A DNA stretch of 64,000 nucleotides from Verrucomicrobiota bacterium (GTDB lineage Bacteria; Verrucomicrobiota; Verrucomicrobiia; Limisphaerales; AAA164-E04), in the NCBI GenBank assembly GCA_029247315.1, contig JAQWLM010000121.1:8620-72619 (forward strand). Reading direction: 5' to 3'. Under the pieces are notes generated by a model. The model saw only the letters and a list, made by a program, of their open reading frames with translations. It did no database searches and was not told the DNA's origin. A program made the translations under genes and the position numbers. The stretch's first letter is position 1, and every line of letters begins with the position of its first letter. Positions 30,502 through 40,392 of this stretch are shown here, piece by piece.

Positions 30502-31398
30502 ATGGATTGGAATAAAGTCAGTTTGGTGGGATTGGGGCTTCTCGGAGGTTCGCTCGGAAAGGCGCTGATCACCGGCAACCACGCAAGAACGGTCACCGGT
30601 TTGGTGCGTCGACCGGAACGCATCCAAGAGGCTATTGGTGCAGGAGCAGTGCATGAGGCCTCCTTGGATATCGAAACGGTTGTTAAAAATGCTGACCTGG
30701 TCATTCTGTGTACGCCTGTGCTCAGGATGCTGCCTATTACAAAAGTCATGGCTGGCTTCCTTAAGCCTGGGGCTGTGGTGACCGATGTGGGCAGTGTCAA
30801 GGGCCCGCTCGTCAGGGATCTCGAACCCCTTCTACGCAAATCTCAGGCGGTTTATGTCGGGTCTCATCCCATGGCAGGCAGTGAACGACAGGGCCTTGCA
30901 AATGCGGATGCCTCCCTGTTCTCAGGAGCGACCTGCGTATTGACGCCGGGCAGGGAATCGACAACTGAAGCCGCGCAGCAGGTGGAGCAACTCTGGCGCC
31001 AGGTTGAAGGAATTCCCGTCACTATGAATCCAGAAGAGCATGACCGACTGGTCGCCAGATGCAGCCATCTTCCACACGTCCTCGCTGCCCTGCTGGCAGG
31101 TTGGACACTTGACCCTGCACACGGCGAGGAACAGGCAAGCCTGTGCAGCAGCGGCTTCAGGGATACCACGCGCGTGGCTTCAGGATCACCCGAAATGTGG
31201 GCGGATATCCTTGCCTCCAATAAAGAAGCCTTGCTTGAATCTCTGGACACACATCTTACGCAGTGTAAGGAGATCCGAGTGTCCATTGAACAGGAACAAC
31301 ACGAGGCGCTTTTCAAGTGGTTGAGCGAGAGTAAAGCTCGACGTGACGCATGGCTTGCAAATTACTTGATGCGACGCCCAAGCCGCAGTGTGGAATAA
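30502..31398 (+). CDS. tyrA: Prephenate (arogenate) dehydrogenase
   Basis: Rossmann motif VSLVGLGLLGGSLGKAL directly after ATG 30502. Also GSHPMAGSERQG, HLPHVLA and RVASGSPEMWADI. The ORF track extends to TTG 30412, overlapping the upstream stop; I prefer 30502. Confidence 0.85.
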   Translation: MDWNKVSLVGLGLLGGSLGKALITGNHARTVTGLVRRPERIQEAIGAGAVHEASLDIETVVKNADLVILCTPVLRMLPITKVMAGFLKPGAVVTDVGSVKGPLVRDLEPLLRKSQAVYVGSHPMAGSERQGLANADASLFSGATCVLTPGRESTTEAAQQVEQLWRQVEGIPVTMNPEEHDRLVARCSHLPHVLAALLAGWTLDPAHGEEQASLCSSGFRDTTRVASGSPEMWADILASNKEALLESLDTHLTQCKEIRVSIEQEQHEALFKWLSESKARRDAWLANYLMRRPSRSVE

Positions 31399-31439
31399 CA
31401 CCCTAAGAGAGTTGAAAAACAAGCCAGCGACAAGCACCC

Positions 31440-32729
31440 ATGCCACTACCTGATTCTATTCTGTTACACCCGATTGAAAGACCAAAAAAAACGTCTATCG
31501 GCATCCCCGGGTCCAAAAGCATCACAAACAGAGCATTGGTCCTGGCCGCAATTTCCGAGGGAACCACCACCCTCAAAGGGGCCCTTTGGAGTGAGGACAC
31601 ACAAGTCATGGTGGAATGCCTGGAACGCCTTGGTGTGGATATCCTGATCCTTCCGGAAGCCAGTGATGATGCCAATCGACGTATCAGGGTTCGTGGCATG
31701 GGAGGCAGGATTCGGCCCGGAGGGACGCTGCAGGAACCGTTGGAATTGTTTGTTGGCAACGCCGGAACAGCCGCACGTTTCATTCTGGCCCTGGTTTGCC
31801 TGGGCCAGGGTTTTTACCGAATTTCCGGGGAGGAGCGCATGCATCAGCGGCCTCAGCAGGAGCTCGTAGCCGCACTCAGGGCACTGGGGTATTTGATTGA
31901 GACGGGAACTGACCGACTTCCCGCCATGGTGCAAGGTCAAGGCCCAAAACCAGGGGCTGCCTGCGTGGTATCCACCGAGGAAAGTTCACAGTTTGCTTCA
32001 GCCCTATGGCTGGCAGCTGAACCAGGCGGCTGGAATATCAAGATGCATGAGGAAGATGCCTCAAACGCTCCTTATGTCGAAATGACCCGGTCCATGCTGC
32101 AGTCCTTCCCGAAGGGGAAGCATTCCGATTACCAGATTGAACCTGACGCATCGGGAGGAAGTTACTTCTGGGCCATTAGGTATCTGATGGGTGCCTCCAA
32201 CCCTGAGGCCCTTGAATATATTGAGATCCCATCGTGGCCCAGAACCCGCTGGCAGGTTGACACCGCATTTCCAAACTTTTGGCCACTGCCAGCAAGGGTC
32301 TCGAGAGAAACCGATTTAGGTGACAGTATCATGACCTCAATCATCATGGCTCCCTGGGCTGAAAAACCGACAACTTTTACGAATCTAGGCAGATTACGCG
32401 TTCAGGAATGCGAACGTGTAAGGGCACTCCATGACGAACTCACCAAGTGCGGTGCAAGGCTGGAGGAAAGCGGTAACACACTGGTTGTTTACCCTGGACC
32501 GCTGCACGGAGCTGAGATTCATACTTACAACGACCACCGGATTGCCATGTGCTTCGCGGTAATCGCCTCTCAGGTTGGAGGCATGGTGCTGCAAAACCCG
32601 GCATGCGTTAAAAAAACTTTCCCCAATTTCTTTCAAAAGCTAGGTTCTTCCGCCCCGGAGGGATTGGGCATGAAGATTTGTGATGCCGCCTCAGGAAATC
32701 CACTACAGGCAGGAGACTTGATTGCCTGA
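31440..32729 (+). CDS. aroA: 3-phosphoshikimate 1-carboxyvinyltransferase (EPSP synthase)
   Basis: IPGSKSITNRALVLAAISEGTT, LFVGNAGTAARF, RMHQRP, NDHRIAMCFAV. 429 aa. Confidence 0.93.
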   Translation: MPLPDSILLHPIERPKKTSIGIPGSKSITNRALVLAAISEGTTTLKGALWSEDTQVMVECLERLGVDILILPEASDDANRRIRVRGMGGRIRPGGTLQEPLELFVGNAGTAARFILALVCLGQGFYRISGEERMHQRPQQELVAALRALGYLIETGTDRLPAMVQGQGPKPGAACVVSTEESSQFASALWLAAEPGGWNIKMHEEDASNAPYVEMTRSMLQSFPKGKHSDYQIEPDASGGSYFWAIRYLMGASNPEALEYIEIPSWPRTRWQVDTAFPNFWPLPARVSRETDLGDSIMTSIIMAPWAEKPTTFTNLGRLRVQECERVRALHDELTKCGARLEESGNTLVVYPGPLHGAEIHTYNDHRIAMCFAVIASQVGGMVLQNPACVKKTFPNFFQKLGSSAPEGLGMKICDAASGNPLQAGDLIA

Positions 32730-32738
32730 ACAAGACCC

Positions 32739-33404
32739 ATGAAGAGAGAACATCCAATTGTAATTGCCATTGATGGCACAAGCGCCAGCGGTAAAAGCAC
32801 CAATGCCAAACTGGTTGCCAAGAGTCTGGGCTTTATCTATGTGGATACAGGAGCCATGTATCGCACTCTGGCGTGGTATTGCCTCAAGAGCCACATCGAT
32901 ATCCATGATACCAGGGCCATCAGTCAGATCTGCAAAAAATGGAAAACCAAACTCATGTGCATGGAGGGGCATGTGAAGTTACTAGTTGATGGTTATTATC
33001 CAGCAAAAGAAATCAGAACAGCAGAAACCAGCGCAGCTGTCCCGCACGTGGCAGCCGTTCCCAAAGCCCGTGCATGGATGAAACAAAAACAACGGGATTG
33101 CATCGCGTTTGGATCCCTTGTGATGGAGGGACGCGACATCGGTACCAATGTTTTTCCTGAGACGGAACACAAGTTTTATCTCGATGCAAACCTCTCAGAA
33201 CGTTCCAAGCGACGGGAAGCAGATGGCATCCGTGAAGATTTGGCCAAGCGAGACCAGCGTGACAGCCAACGCGCAACAGCCCCACTGATGGTTCCCTTGG
33301 GAGCCTGTATCGTCAATACCTCTGGGCTTACCCCACAGGAATCGAGTCAGCGAATTATTGACGTTATTCAGAAACAAGTTCCGTCCCTCAAAGGGAATGA
33401 GTGA
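32739..33404 (+). CDS. cmk: Cytidylate kinase
   Basis: P-loop IAIDGTSASGKST, YVDTGAMYR, MEGRDIGT and RDxRDS (KRDQRDSQRATAPL). Starts 9 nt after aroA. Confidence 0.92.
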   Translation: MKREHPIVIAIDGTSASGKSTNAKLVAKSLGFIYVDTGAMYRTLAWYCLKSHIDIHDTRAISQICKKWKTKLMCMEGHVKLLVDGYYPAKEIRTAETSAAVPHVAAVPKARAWMKQKQRDCIAFGSLVMEGRDIGTNVFPETEHKFYLDANLSERSKRREADGIREDLAKRDQRDSQRATAPLMVPLGACIVNTSGLTPQESSQRIIDVIQKQVPSLKGNE

Positions 33405-33459
33405 CCATGAAAATCAGACGACCTCGTTTCGTGCGGAGGGCTAAAAAACCAAATATTTG

Positions 33460-34122
33460 ATGGCTATGCGATTCGGATATTATCTACTGTGGGTTACCGT
33501 TCGGTGGATCTTTTACTTCTGTTTCTTCAATCGGGTTTATCATCCGGACCGCATTCCACAAAAAGGTCCCCTGATACTCGCTGCCAACCACGCCAGCTTC
33601 ATGGACCCTCCCCTGATCGGATGCTCTATCAATCGAGAAATCCACTTTCTCGCACGCGACAGCTTGTTCCGATTCCCTATCTTTGGACAACTACTGAGCT
33701 ATATCAACGTCATCCCGGTTGATCGTGGAGGGCGAAGTCCCAAGGGATTGAAAACAATCATCCATAAGCTGCAACAGGGACATCCAGTCGTCCTTTTTCC
33801 TGAGGGAACACGATGCATGGACGGCGGCATGCAGCCAGCAAAATCTGGGGTGGGCCTATTAGCCATCAAGTCCGATGCACCCATTGTGCCTGTTCGAGTC
33901 TTTGGCACCTACCAAGCCTATGGCCGCCACTTGAAGTGGCCCAGGCCAGGACAGCGCATTGGCGTCAAGTTCGGAGAGCCCATCTACCTGGAAGCACTTC
34001 GAGAGGAATCCAAAACGGCTGAAAAAGACCGATTGAAGCAAATCTATCAAGAAGCGGCTGATCAAATAATGCATGCCGTTGCACAACTGGAAGCACACCA
34101 TGATTGCAAGCGATTTGGGTAA
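33460..34122 (+). CDS. plsC: 1-acyl-sn-glycerol-3-phosphate acyltransferase
   Basis: Acyltransferase motifs NHASFMDP (HX4D), FLARDSLF, FPEGTR, IVPV. The ORF track starts at TTG 33457; the ATG is at 33460. Confidence 0.88.
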   Translation: MAMRFGYYLLWVTVRWIFYFCFFNRVYHPDRIPQKGPLILAANHASFMDPPLIGCSINREIHFLARDSLFRFPIFGQLLSYINVIPVDRGGRSPKGLKTIIHKLQQGHPVVLFPEGTRCMDGGMQPAKSGVGLLAIKSDAPIVPVRVFGTYQAYGRHLKWPRPGQRIGVKFGEPIYLEALREESKTAEKDRLKQIYQEAADQIMHAVAQLEAHHDCKRFG

Positions 34123-34280
34123 TTAACGATGAAAAAATTCCATGAGGGATCCATTCCCTGTTAAACCCAGATATCGCAATATCAAGAAAACCACCCTGCT
34201 GGAAACACGCGTGAAACTTGTTTCCTTGGAAGGTGCTACCGCGAAAACTACTCACAGATCCCTATAATGGATAATTTCCA

Positions 34281-35201
34281 CTACGACGATGAGTCGCTAT
34301 CATCCGCCTCTTCCCTGATCTGCGCTTTGGTTCTCAGCTGTTTGATGTGTTCCTGAATTTTTTGAGTGCGCTTCTCCTGCGCCCAAGCTTCCTGGACGGA
34401 AGGTTGAACTTCCTCATAAGGTTTCCGTGTTGAAGCCTCAATTTCCAACACCTTTGCAAGGTGAAATCCGTGATAGGACGAAAACACAGGGCTCACCTCG
34501 CCCACTTGCATTGAAAAAGCGACATACTCAAACTCATCCATCAATTCCCCACGTTTAAAAAATCCAAGATCGATTTCCTCGGCGGGTTTATCCGAAAACC
34601 CCTTGGCCAAGTCTTTAAAATCTTCCCCTGACACCAACCTTTCGCGCATGCGACAACATTCTCTAAACAGCTCTTCCTTGTCTTCTGATTGTCGAAAGGA
34701 CTTGAAGATATGAAGAGCTCGAACCTTTCCTTCCGTCGTGTAAAGCTCGGGGTGAAGCTCATAGAAAGCACGAAGTGTTGCGTCGCTTGGGTTAGAAAGC
34801 TCGCCACAAAAACCAGCCACCAACTGGTCCACCTTGAGATTCAGGACGACCTGGCGCTCCACAAACTCCTTCTGGTCTCCAGTAATACCCAGGTTCGCCA
34901 TGAAGGCTTCCTCACCACCATAATCCTTATGAAGTTGTTGTAAGGCAGCATCAATCTCTTCCTTGGATGGCTCGGGCACATGGCCTTCAGCATCCTGATT
35001 GAGCAGTAAACGACCAATCACGTTTTCCTTTGCTTGTGCACGGAACTCATCATCACGCTCACAGCAACTTCCTTGACTGCGCTGTTCATGCCAGGACTTG
35101 ATTTGAGCAAACTCTTCCTCAATCCACTCAGGTGCCACAGCCTCTTCATTGACCCATATCTGCATGGCATCGATCCTATGAACATCCTGGAAAAAGGTCA
35201 A
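34281..35201 (-). CDS. Parvulin-type peptidyl-prolyl cis-trans isomerase (PpiC/SurA/PrsA-like)
   Basis: C-terminal rotamase domain VRALHIFKSF..GEDFKDLAKGFSDKP..DLGFFKRGELMDEFEYVAFSMQVGEVSPVFSSYHGFHLAKV. The N-terminal part is chaperone-like and helical. Confidence 0.8.
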   Translation of the reverse strand: MTFFQDVHRIDAMQIWVNEEAVAPEWIEEEFAQIKSWHEQRSQGSCCERDDEFRAQAKENVIGRLLLNQDAEGHVPEPSKEEIDAALQQLHKDYGGEEAFMANLGITGDQKEFVERQVVLNLKVDQLVAGFCGELSNPSDATLRAFYELHPELYTTEGKVRALHIFKSFRQSEDKEELFRECCRMRERLVSGEDFKDLAKGFSDKPAEEIDLGFFKRGELMDEFEYVAFSMQVGEVSPVFSSYHGFHLAKVLEIEASTRKPYEEVQPSVQEAWAQEKRTQKIQEHIKQLRTKAQIREEADDSDSSS

Positions 35202-35237
35202 ACACGCCGACGTTGTTCTCCCCGGATGATCACCGGA

Positions 35238-36680
35238 TCACATAACGTGAGAAACCGTGAAAGGCTTGCGATAAACCCGCGTCAACATTTCATTGGCACG
35301 TTTATTGCCCAGGAAGGCCGTACGCGTGGCGTCCATTCTCAGGTGACTACCGACACGCATGGGAGTCAGGTCAAGATCAACCTCATTCACCTGAATATGC
35401 TCCAGCATACGCCCCATGGTTTCTGCTGCCATTGCATCCCCGCTGATGGCTTCAATCCTCTCACCGGGGGAGGTCTTCTCTCCTAGATAATAAGAAATGT
35501 TGCCGGTATGGCAAAGGGCACTGGAAAGATGCCCTTCCCATATATCAGCATGAAGGTCTTCACGTTTGCGACTTCGCACGCCCTGAATGCAGTTTGCGAA
35601 GTGATTTCCCTCTCCTGAAAACTCCCGGATCACTTTACCATTGTATTGGTAGGCTGTGGCAGTGCTGTAGGATGGAATGACCATGTAACCATCTTCGCAA
35701 TCCACTACGACTCCCACACTCACACCCCGATAACTGGGTTTTCCATCATGCTGAGCATACGCACCGAGACCACGCACCTCAAAAATCAACGGTGCCTTTT
35801 CATAGCCATGAAAAACAATCTGGGTATTGGCGGTATCCGCATCATCGATGTATCCAAGCCGCCCTCCGATACTGAGGACTTCAGGAGACAATTGGTCTTC
35901 CCCAAGAATCCACCTGGCAATATCCATTTGATGAATCCCCTGATTACCCAAATCACCATTGCCCGTATCACGTACCCAATGCCAATCGTAATGCAGACTC
36001 TCCCGCATCAAGGGCCTGAGCGGGGCGGGTCCCGTCCAAAGATCAAAATCAATATGAGGGGATACAAACTGTGGGCCATCAACCTTACCAATAGACTGAC
36101 GACGTTTGTAGCATAAGCCACGGGCCAAACGAATCTCTCCAAGATGGCCATTTTTTATGAACTCTACTGCCTCCTGCATCCCCGGGTTGGATCGACATTG
36201 CGTTCCGGCTTGAACCACTCTCTTGTATTTTCTTGCCGCATTGACTATTTGCTGTCCCTCCCACACGTTGTGTGAAACCGGCTTTTCGACATACACGTCC
36301 TTGCCCGCCATCATGGCCTCGATACTGATCAATGCATGAGTGTGGTTTGGGGTAGCAATAGAAACCAGATCCACATCGCGATCCTCCATGAGACGACGAT
36401 AGTCCAGATAGGTTTTAGGTTTGTTACCGACGCCACTTTGCCGATGCAAAGCCTGCTCAAGCAATTCACGATCCACATCACAGATGGCGGCAAGCCTCAC
36501 ACCAGGAAGCCGACTGAAACCATCAATGTGGTTTTTCCCTCTACCTCGTAAACCCACGACAGCCACTCGAATTTCATCACTGGCCCCCAACACCCTGCCT
36601 GAGGGGTTTACCATCGAAAAGGATGCACCTGCAGCAACGCTGTGTTTAAGGAAACGACGACGACTCAACATCTCGCTCAT
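35238..36680 (-). CDS. Tat-exported Gfo/Idh/MocA-family oxidoreductase
   Basis: Twin-arginine signal MLSRRRFLKHSVAAGASF. Rossmann IRVAVVGLRGRGKNH. VSIATPNHTHA and VYVEKP. Confidence 0.88.
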   Translation of the reverse strand: MSEMLSRRRFLKHSVAAGASFSMVNPSGRVLGASDEIRVAVVGLRGRGKNHIDGFSRLPGVRLAAICDVDRELLEQALHRQSGVGNKPKTYLDYRRLMEDRDVDLVSIATPNHTHALISIEAMMAGKDVYVEKPVSHNVWEGQQIVNAARKYKRVVQAGTQCRSNPGMQEAVEFIKNGHLGEIRLARGLCYKRRQSIGKVDGPQFVSPHIDFDLWTGPAPLRPLMRESLHYDWHWVRDTGNGDLGNQGIHQMDIARWILGEDQLSPEVLSIGGRLGYIDDADTANTQIVFHGYEKAPLIFEVRGLGAYAQHDGKPSYRGVSVGVVVDCEDGYMVIPSYSTATAYQYNGKVIREFSGEGNHFANCIQGVRSRKREDLHADIWEGHLSSALCHTGNISYYLGEKTSPGERIEAISGDAMAAETMGRMLEHIQVNEVDLDLTPMRVGSHLRMDATRTAFLGNKRANEMLTRVYRKPFTVSHVM

Positions 36681-36728
36681 GAGTGGTTTTTGCGAAAAGG
36701 AAAGCGTTCAGATGGAGGACACAACACC

Positions 36729-37724
36729 TTATTCCCGTGAATAAAGATCGTAGCGACTGGCAACCTTTCCTGATTCCGTATCACCCTGATGAAAGAAAAA
36801 CCGATACTTCCAAGACATGGATTCCTTTCTTTTGATGGTCAGATTACCGGTTCCAGACTCCTTGCGCTCAAAATGATGGACTCCAAAAGGATTGGCGGCA
36901 AAGAGACCGTATGAACGCACATGCCACCAAGTGGGATGCCGTGGATTCTCTGGGTGATCGAAGATGGCTACCCCCACCTTTTGACCGTTTACCGGGCCGT
37001 AGTAATCCACCCATTTGGCCCGTTTACCCCATGTATCGCCGTCTTTGATACCTTCACTGTTCTCGATATGTCCCTGTGCAACCTTACCCTCCAGACGCAT
37101 GGTGGGTGCAAGACGAAGCGCCATGCTGCCTTCCTTGGTATCTCCCATCACAATCTCCCCATGGGAAGCCCGTATTTCAATTTCAAAATCAACGATGCGC
37201 TCAGAGGAAGGGCGGTTATGGATCGTCATTGTGCGCACGTCCGAACCCACAACGCTGCCGTCCTTTGCCACAAGATGGTTCAATGTCCTGATGACTCCCA
37301 TTTTCCTACCTGAGGTAATCCGAAGAAACGCAACGTGCCTGGTGATTCCGGCAGCATCACTTTCGGACCAGAAATCGTGCCCATTGATATCACCATGGGC
37401 ATACCAGAACGATTTATGATGAGGATGATCATGCGCTTCTCCCTTCCCTTCAGCCATCGGCCAATTACGCGTCATCGGCATACCATCCGCCCCCATGACC
37501 GGATAAAAAAAAGGTCGGGATACCTCCTGATAATGATATTCGGTGAAGAAGTCGCCATTGATTTCAATGCGCAGCTTACCTTCGTGTGGGGCAATCAATA
37601 CACCTTTGAAGCTTTTTTCGCCTGCACGGGTATCCATTCCAACCAATAAGCTCACTGCGACAGCTAGTGCGCCGTTGACGACATTACGAAAAAAAAACGA
37701 GGAAACATGCATGGTGATCATCAT
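36729..37724 (-). CDS. PmoA-like family protein (DUF6807-type), secreted
   Basis: 331 aa with a signal-like N-terminus. Characteristic RPFFYPVMG, HDHPHHKSFWYAHGDINGHDFW, GDTKEGSMALRL, WVDYYGP and HPTWWHVRSYGLFAANPFG. Lies 48 nt downstream of the Gfo/Idh/MocA gene on the same strand. Confidence 0.7.
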   Translation of the reverse strand: MMITMHVSSFFFRNVVNGALAVAVSLLVGMDTRAGEKSFKGVLIAPHEGKLRIEINGDFFTEYHYQEVSRPFFYPVMGADGMPMTRNWPMAEGKGEAHDHPHHKSFWYAHGDINGHDFWSESDAAGITRHVAFLRITSGRKMGVIRTLNHLVAKDGSVVGSDVRTMTIHNRPSSERIVDFEIEIRASHGEIVMGDTKEGSMALRLAPTMRLEGKVAQGHIENSEGIKDGDTWGKRAKWVDYYGPVNGQKVGVAIFDHPENPRHPTWWHVRSYGLFAANPFGVHHFERKESGTGNLTIKRKESMSWKYRFFFHQGDTESGKVASRYDLYSRE

Positions 37725-37934
37725 GAGAAATATTCAAACATTTGCAATAAAAAGGTATGACGGTAAGAGACACCAATGGACTAACCATACACTGCCAAAA
37801 AACAGTGGTTAAGAAGGAATCTGGTCATTGGAGAACACAACACTTCATCCGATGCATGATGTATGATCGAAAAGGACGGTTCGAATTCCCACACCGACCA
37901 AGGTATTTTCTCAAATATCCTGATTAGGAGAACC

Positions 37935-38681
37935 TCATTGATCCGCGACGTGAAAGATCAACCAGTAACCAACCGACATTAACGTAAGATCCACAATGAC
38001 ATGAGATATCCAAGCCCCGATGAGGGAACCATGGCGTCTCACCAACCAGGACCATATGCCACCTCCCACTCCGACTGAGAGACCAAAGATCCACCCCATC
38101 GCACCGTCGAAAAATTGCGTGGTCACGACAATGTGGTGCGCGGCAAAACCCAAGGCCGCCACGACGTAGGCCAGTCCTTTGGAATCCAGGAAACGATAAA
38201 GATTATCAAAGACAAACCACCGCCAATAATATTCTTCGAGAAAACTGTGAATCAGGGAAAGGAAAAGGCCAAAAAAAACAAAATTTGAAAGAACTCCCAT
38301 TTGGTCCGCCTTGTCACGAACAACATCCGCTTGTTGAGAGACAAGGTGCCCCAGCGGAGAGGCTACAACTCCCAGGATGGCAAGGGACATCAAGATGCCC
38401 CAGATGCTCCCCTCAAGAAGGAAACGCCAACGAAATAAAAGAAGGGATTTGAACTGGTCAAAACCCTCTTGAAGAATCCATACTGTAGCGAAGAGGGGCC
38501 AGATAAGTGTAAAGGCCTTGATGCCAGCGTAAACGGGTTGCACCCAAGCGGATTCTGCAAACCAGACAAAATACATCAAGGCACCCAGCAAGGGGGTAAG
38601 CAATGCTGGCAATAAGGCCAAAAGCCAAAATTGACTGCACGATTTAGAAAGCATCGGTCCTGATCTGCCTGAATTTACCAT
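37935..38681 (-). CDS. CPBP-family intramembrane glutamic endopeptidase (CAAX protease/bacteriocin-processing type)
   Basis: Polytopic membrane protein with motif 1 LEEYYWRWFVF (EExxxR), motif 2 FAAHH and motif 3 WISHVIVD. Confidence 0.8.
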   Translation of the reverse strand: MVNSGRSGPMLSKSCSQFWLLALLPALLTPLLGALMYFVWFAESAWVQPVYAGIKAFTLIWPLFATVWILQEGFDQFKSLLLFRWRFLLEGSIWGILMSLAILGVVASPLGHLVSQQADVVRDKADQMGVLSNFVFFGLFLSLIHSFLEEYYWRWFVFDNLYRFLDSKGLAYVVAALGFAAHHIVVTTQFFDGAMGWIFGLSVGVGGGIWSWLVRRHGSLIGAWISHVIVDLTLMSVGYWLIFHVADQ

Positions 38682-38738
38682 TGTTCACAGCCGTTCCGCA
38701 AACCTCAAAGAAATTGTGCGAATCAACCTTGAACATTC

Positions 38739-39461
38739 ATGTCAAATTACAGACTTGATTTCAAATTCCAATTCCCATTGAGCTTGCTCGTTTCTTGCAT
38801 GCTGATTCTGGATTCACCAAGACGCGTGACACGTGCACAGGGGGTCCCTAGCTTCCTCCCGACTCACACCATGATTCAAGAAAACAAGGACGGAAGCTTG
38901 AAAATAGGACACGTTCGACTGGATCCAACAGGGAAAAACATCGCCTTTCCGGCCGAAATCAACATGCGAAAGGGGCAACTGGAATATGCCCTGACAGGTC
39001 CTTTGGGCAAATTGCATGAGAGTTTGCTTAAAACGAAAACTCTCCCGGTAAACATACATCTTGCCATGTTGCTTTTGGGAATCGGAGCCAAACCTCAAGA
39101 CATTGAGGACGGTAAGCAGAACCCAGAAGGGCACATTGAGGTAAGCGTTCATTGGGCCAAAGGAGAACAGAAATATGAAGCGTATTTGAACGACTGGATA
39201 TTTAACCTTGAAACGGGAATGCCACTGGAGTCACTCCCTTGGATCTATAACGGGGCAAGGATGCTCGATGGGCAATTCACGGTCCATCGGGAACAATCCT
39301 ACATAGCAATCATCAAAGACAAGGATGCTCTGGTAAACAGTTCTCACCCAGACCATCAAAAAGATGACATTTGGGAAGCCCATACCGGAAGCATTCCCAG
39401 CATCGGGACAAAAGTGTCGGTCAAGCTGCAACTCATCAGGAAAGCAAGTAACCCTCAGTAA
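38739..39461 (+). CDS. Hypothetical secreted protein (possibly YdjY-like domain)
   Basis: 240-aa ORF with a hydrophobic N-terminus. The segment GQLEYALTGPLGKLHESLLKTKTLPVNIHLAMLLLG recalls YdjY-domain proteins from memory. Not verified. Confidence 0.5.
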   Translation: MSNYRLDFKFQFPLSLLVSCMLILDSPRRVTRAQGVPSFLPTHTMIQENKDGSLKIGHVRLDPTGKNIAFPAEINMRKGQLEYALTGPLGKLHESLLKTKTLPVNIHLAMLLLGIGAKPQDIEDGKQNPEGHIEVSVHWAKGEQKYEAYLNDWIFNLETGMPLESLPWIYNGARMLDGQFTVHREQSYIAIIKDKDALVNSSHPDHQKDDIWEAHTGSIPSIGTKVSVKLQLIRKASNPQ

Positions 39462-39515
39462 ACCATCCGCCATTTTATCTGGGAATCTACGGATCTGATT
39501 TTTTTGAGATTGCTG

Positions 39516-39543
39516 TTGACCCGATATACTATTGGTGTAAATT
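39516..39543 (+). promoter_or_regulatory. Candidate sigma-70-type promoter in the AT-rich spacer upstream of def
   Basis: TTGACC (39516-39521), a 16-nt spacer, then TAAATT (39538-39543). Pattern match only. Confidence 0.25.
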
Positions 39544-39681
39544 GCACTCAGGTTTTTTAGGATTTCCGAGCCCGTAAGTGATACAACTTACTAGCTCAAA
39601 AAGCTTTTTGATTGAAACGGCAACGTTGATATCAAAATCCTACATTATCCTACTTATTAAAATACTGGTTCTGGAAATTCC

Positions 39682-39726
39682 CCGGGCCCTTAGCCATCCT
39701 CTGGTGATAGGGCCCGGTTTTGATTT
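39682..39726 (+). terminator. Candidate rho-independent terminator between the 38739-39461 gene and def
   Basis: 9-bp perfect GC-rich stem ccgggccct (39682-39690) / agggcccgg (39709-39717) with an 18-nt loop, followed by ttttgattt (39718-39726). Confidence 0.5.
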
Positions 39727-39807
39727 ACACCCCAAAAATACCCACAATCGCTTGCTGACAGGAGGTTTCCTCTTGCGAGAGCCCAGCCAATACAACTAAA
39801 TTTCCAC

Positions 39808-40368
39808 ATGGTTTTGCCAATTGTCAAATACGGTCACCCCGCACTGCGCCAAAAGGGGCTTCCTGTGGAACAATTTGACGGTGCGTTGAAGACGTTTGTA
39901 ACAGACATGCTTGAAACCATGTACGAGGCCGAAGGCGTCGGTCTTGCGTCGCATCAAGTTGGAAAACCTTTGCAAGTGACCGTCATTGACATTTCCGATT
40001 CGGAAGATCGGCCATCAACCATGGCAATTGATGGCCAAGAGGTTGATCCCAGAGATCACATGCCACTCGTGCTGATCAACGCAGAAATACGTCCACTGAG
40101 CGATGCCGTGAAAGGTCCCGAGGGATGCCTGAGTTTCCCTGAAATGTATGCTGACATTGAGCGCCCGGAGTCGGTGGAGGTGATCGCACAAGGCCGAGAG
40201 GGGCAAAGCCTTAAATTCACTTGCTCAGGACTGCTTGCAAGGGCAGTGCAGCACGAACTTGACCACCTGAGGGGCATTCTCTTCATTGACCGCATGGAGC
40301 GTAAAGATAAGGACAAGTGGCGCAGCGTTCTGGAAGAGATGCGCCAAGAAACGCAGGATGGACTTTGA
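39808..40368 (+). CDS. def: Peptide deformylase
   Basis: Three PDF motifs: GVGLASHQVG, EGCLSFP, QHELDHLRG. Confidence 0.93.
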   Translation: MVLPIVKYGHPALRQKGLPVEQFDGALKTFVTDMLETMYEAEGVGLASHQVGKPLQVTVIDISDSEDRPSTMAIDGQEVDPRDHMPLVLINAEIRPLSDAVKGPEGCLSFPEMYADIERPESVEVIAQGREGQSLKFTCSGLLARAVQHELDHLRGILFIDRMERKDKDKWRSVLEEMRQETQDGL

Positions 40369-40392
40369 GAAACAAGGCCTCCTTAAAGTTAT

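Noticed and set aside
37878-37900. tRNA-like 3' end (GGTTCGAATTCCCACACCGACCA)
   Set aside because: It contains a T-loop-like TTCGAAT and ends in CCA, but the flanking bases cannot form a T-stem or acceptor stem and there is no upstream D-arm or anticodon arm. At most it is a tRNA-fragment-like coincidence.
39578-39799. 73-aa plus-strand ORF upstream of def
   Set aside because: It reads straight through a strong stem-loop/U-tail terminator (39682-39726). It lies in AT-rich sequence full of repeats and has no supporting motif.
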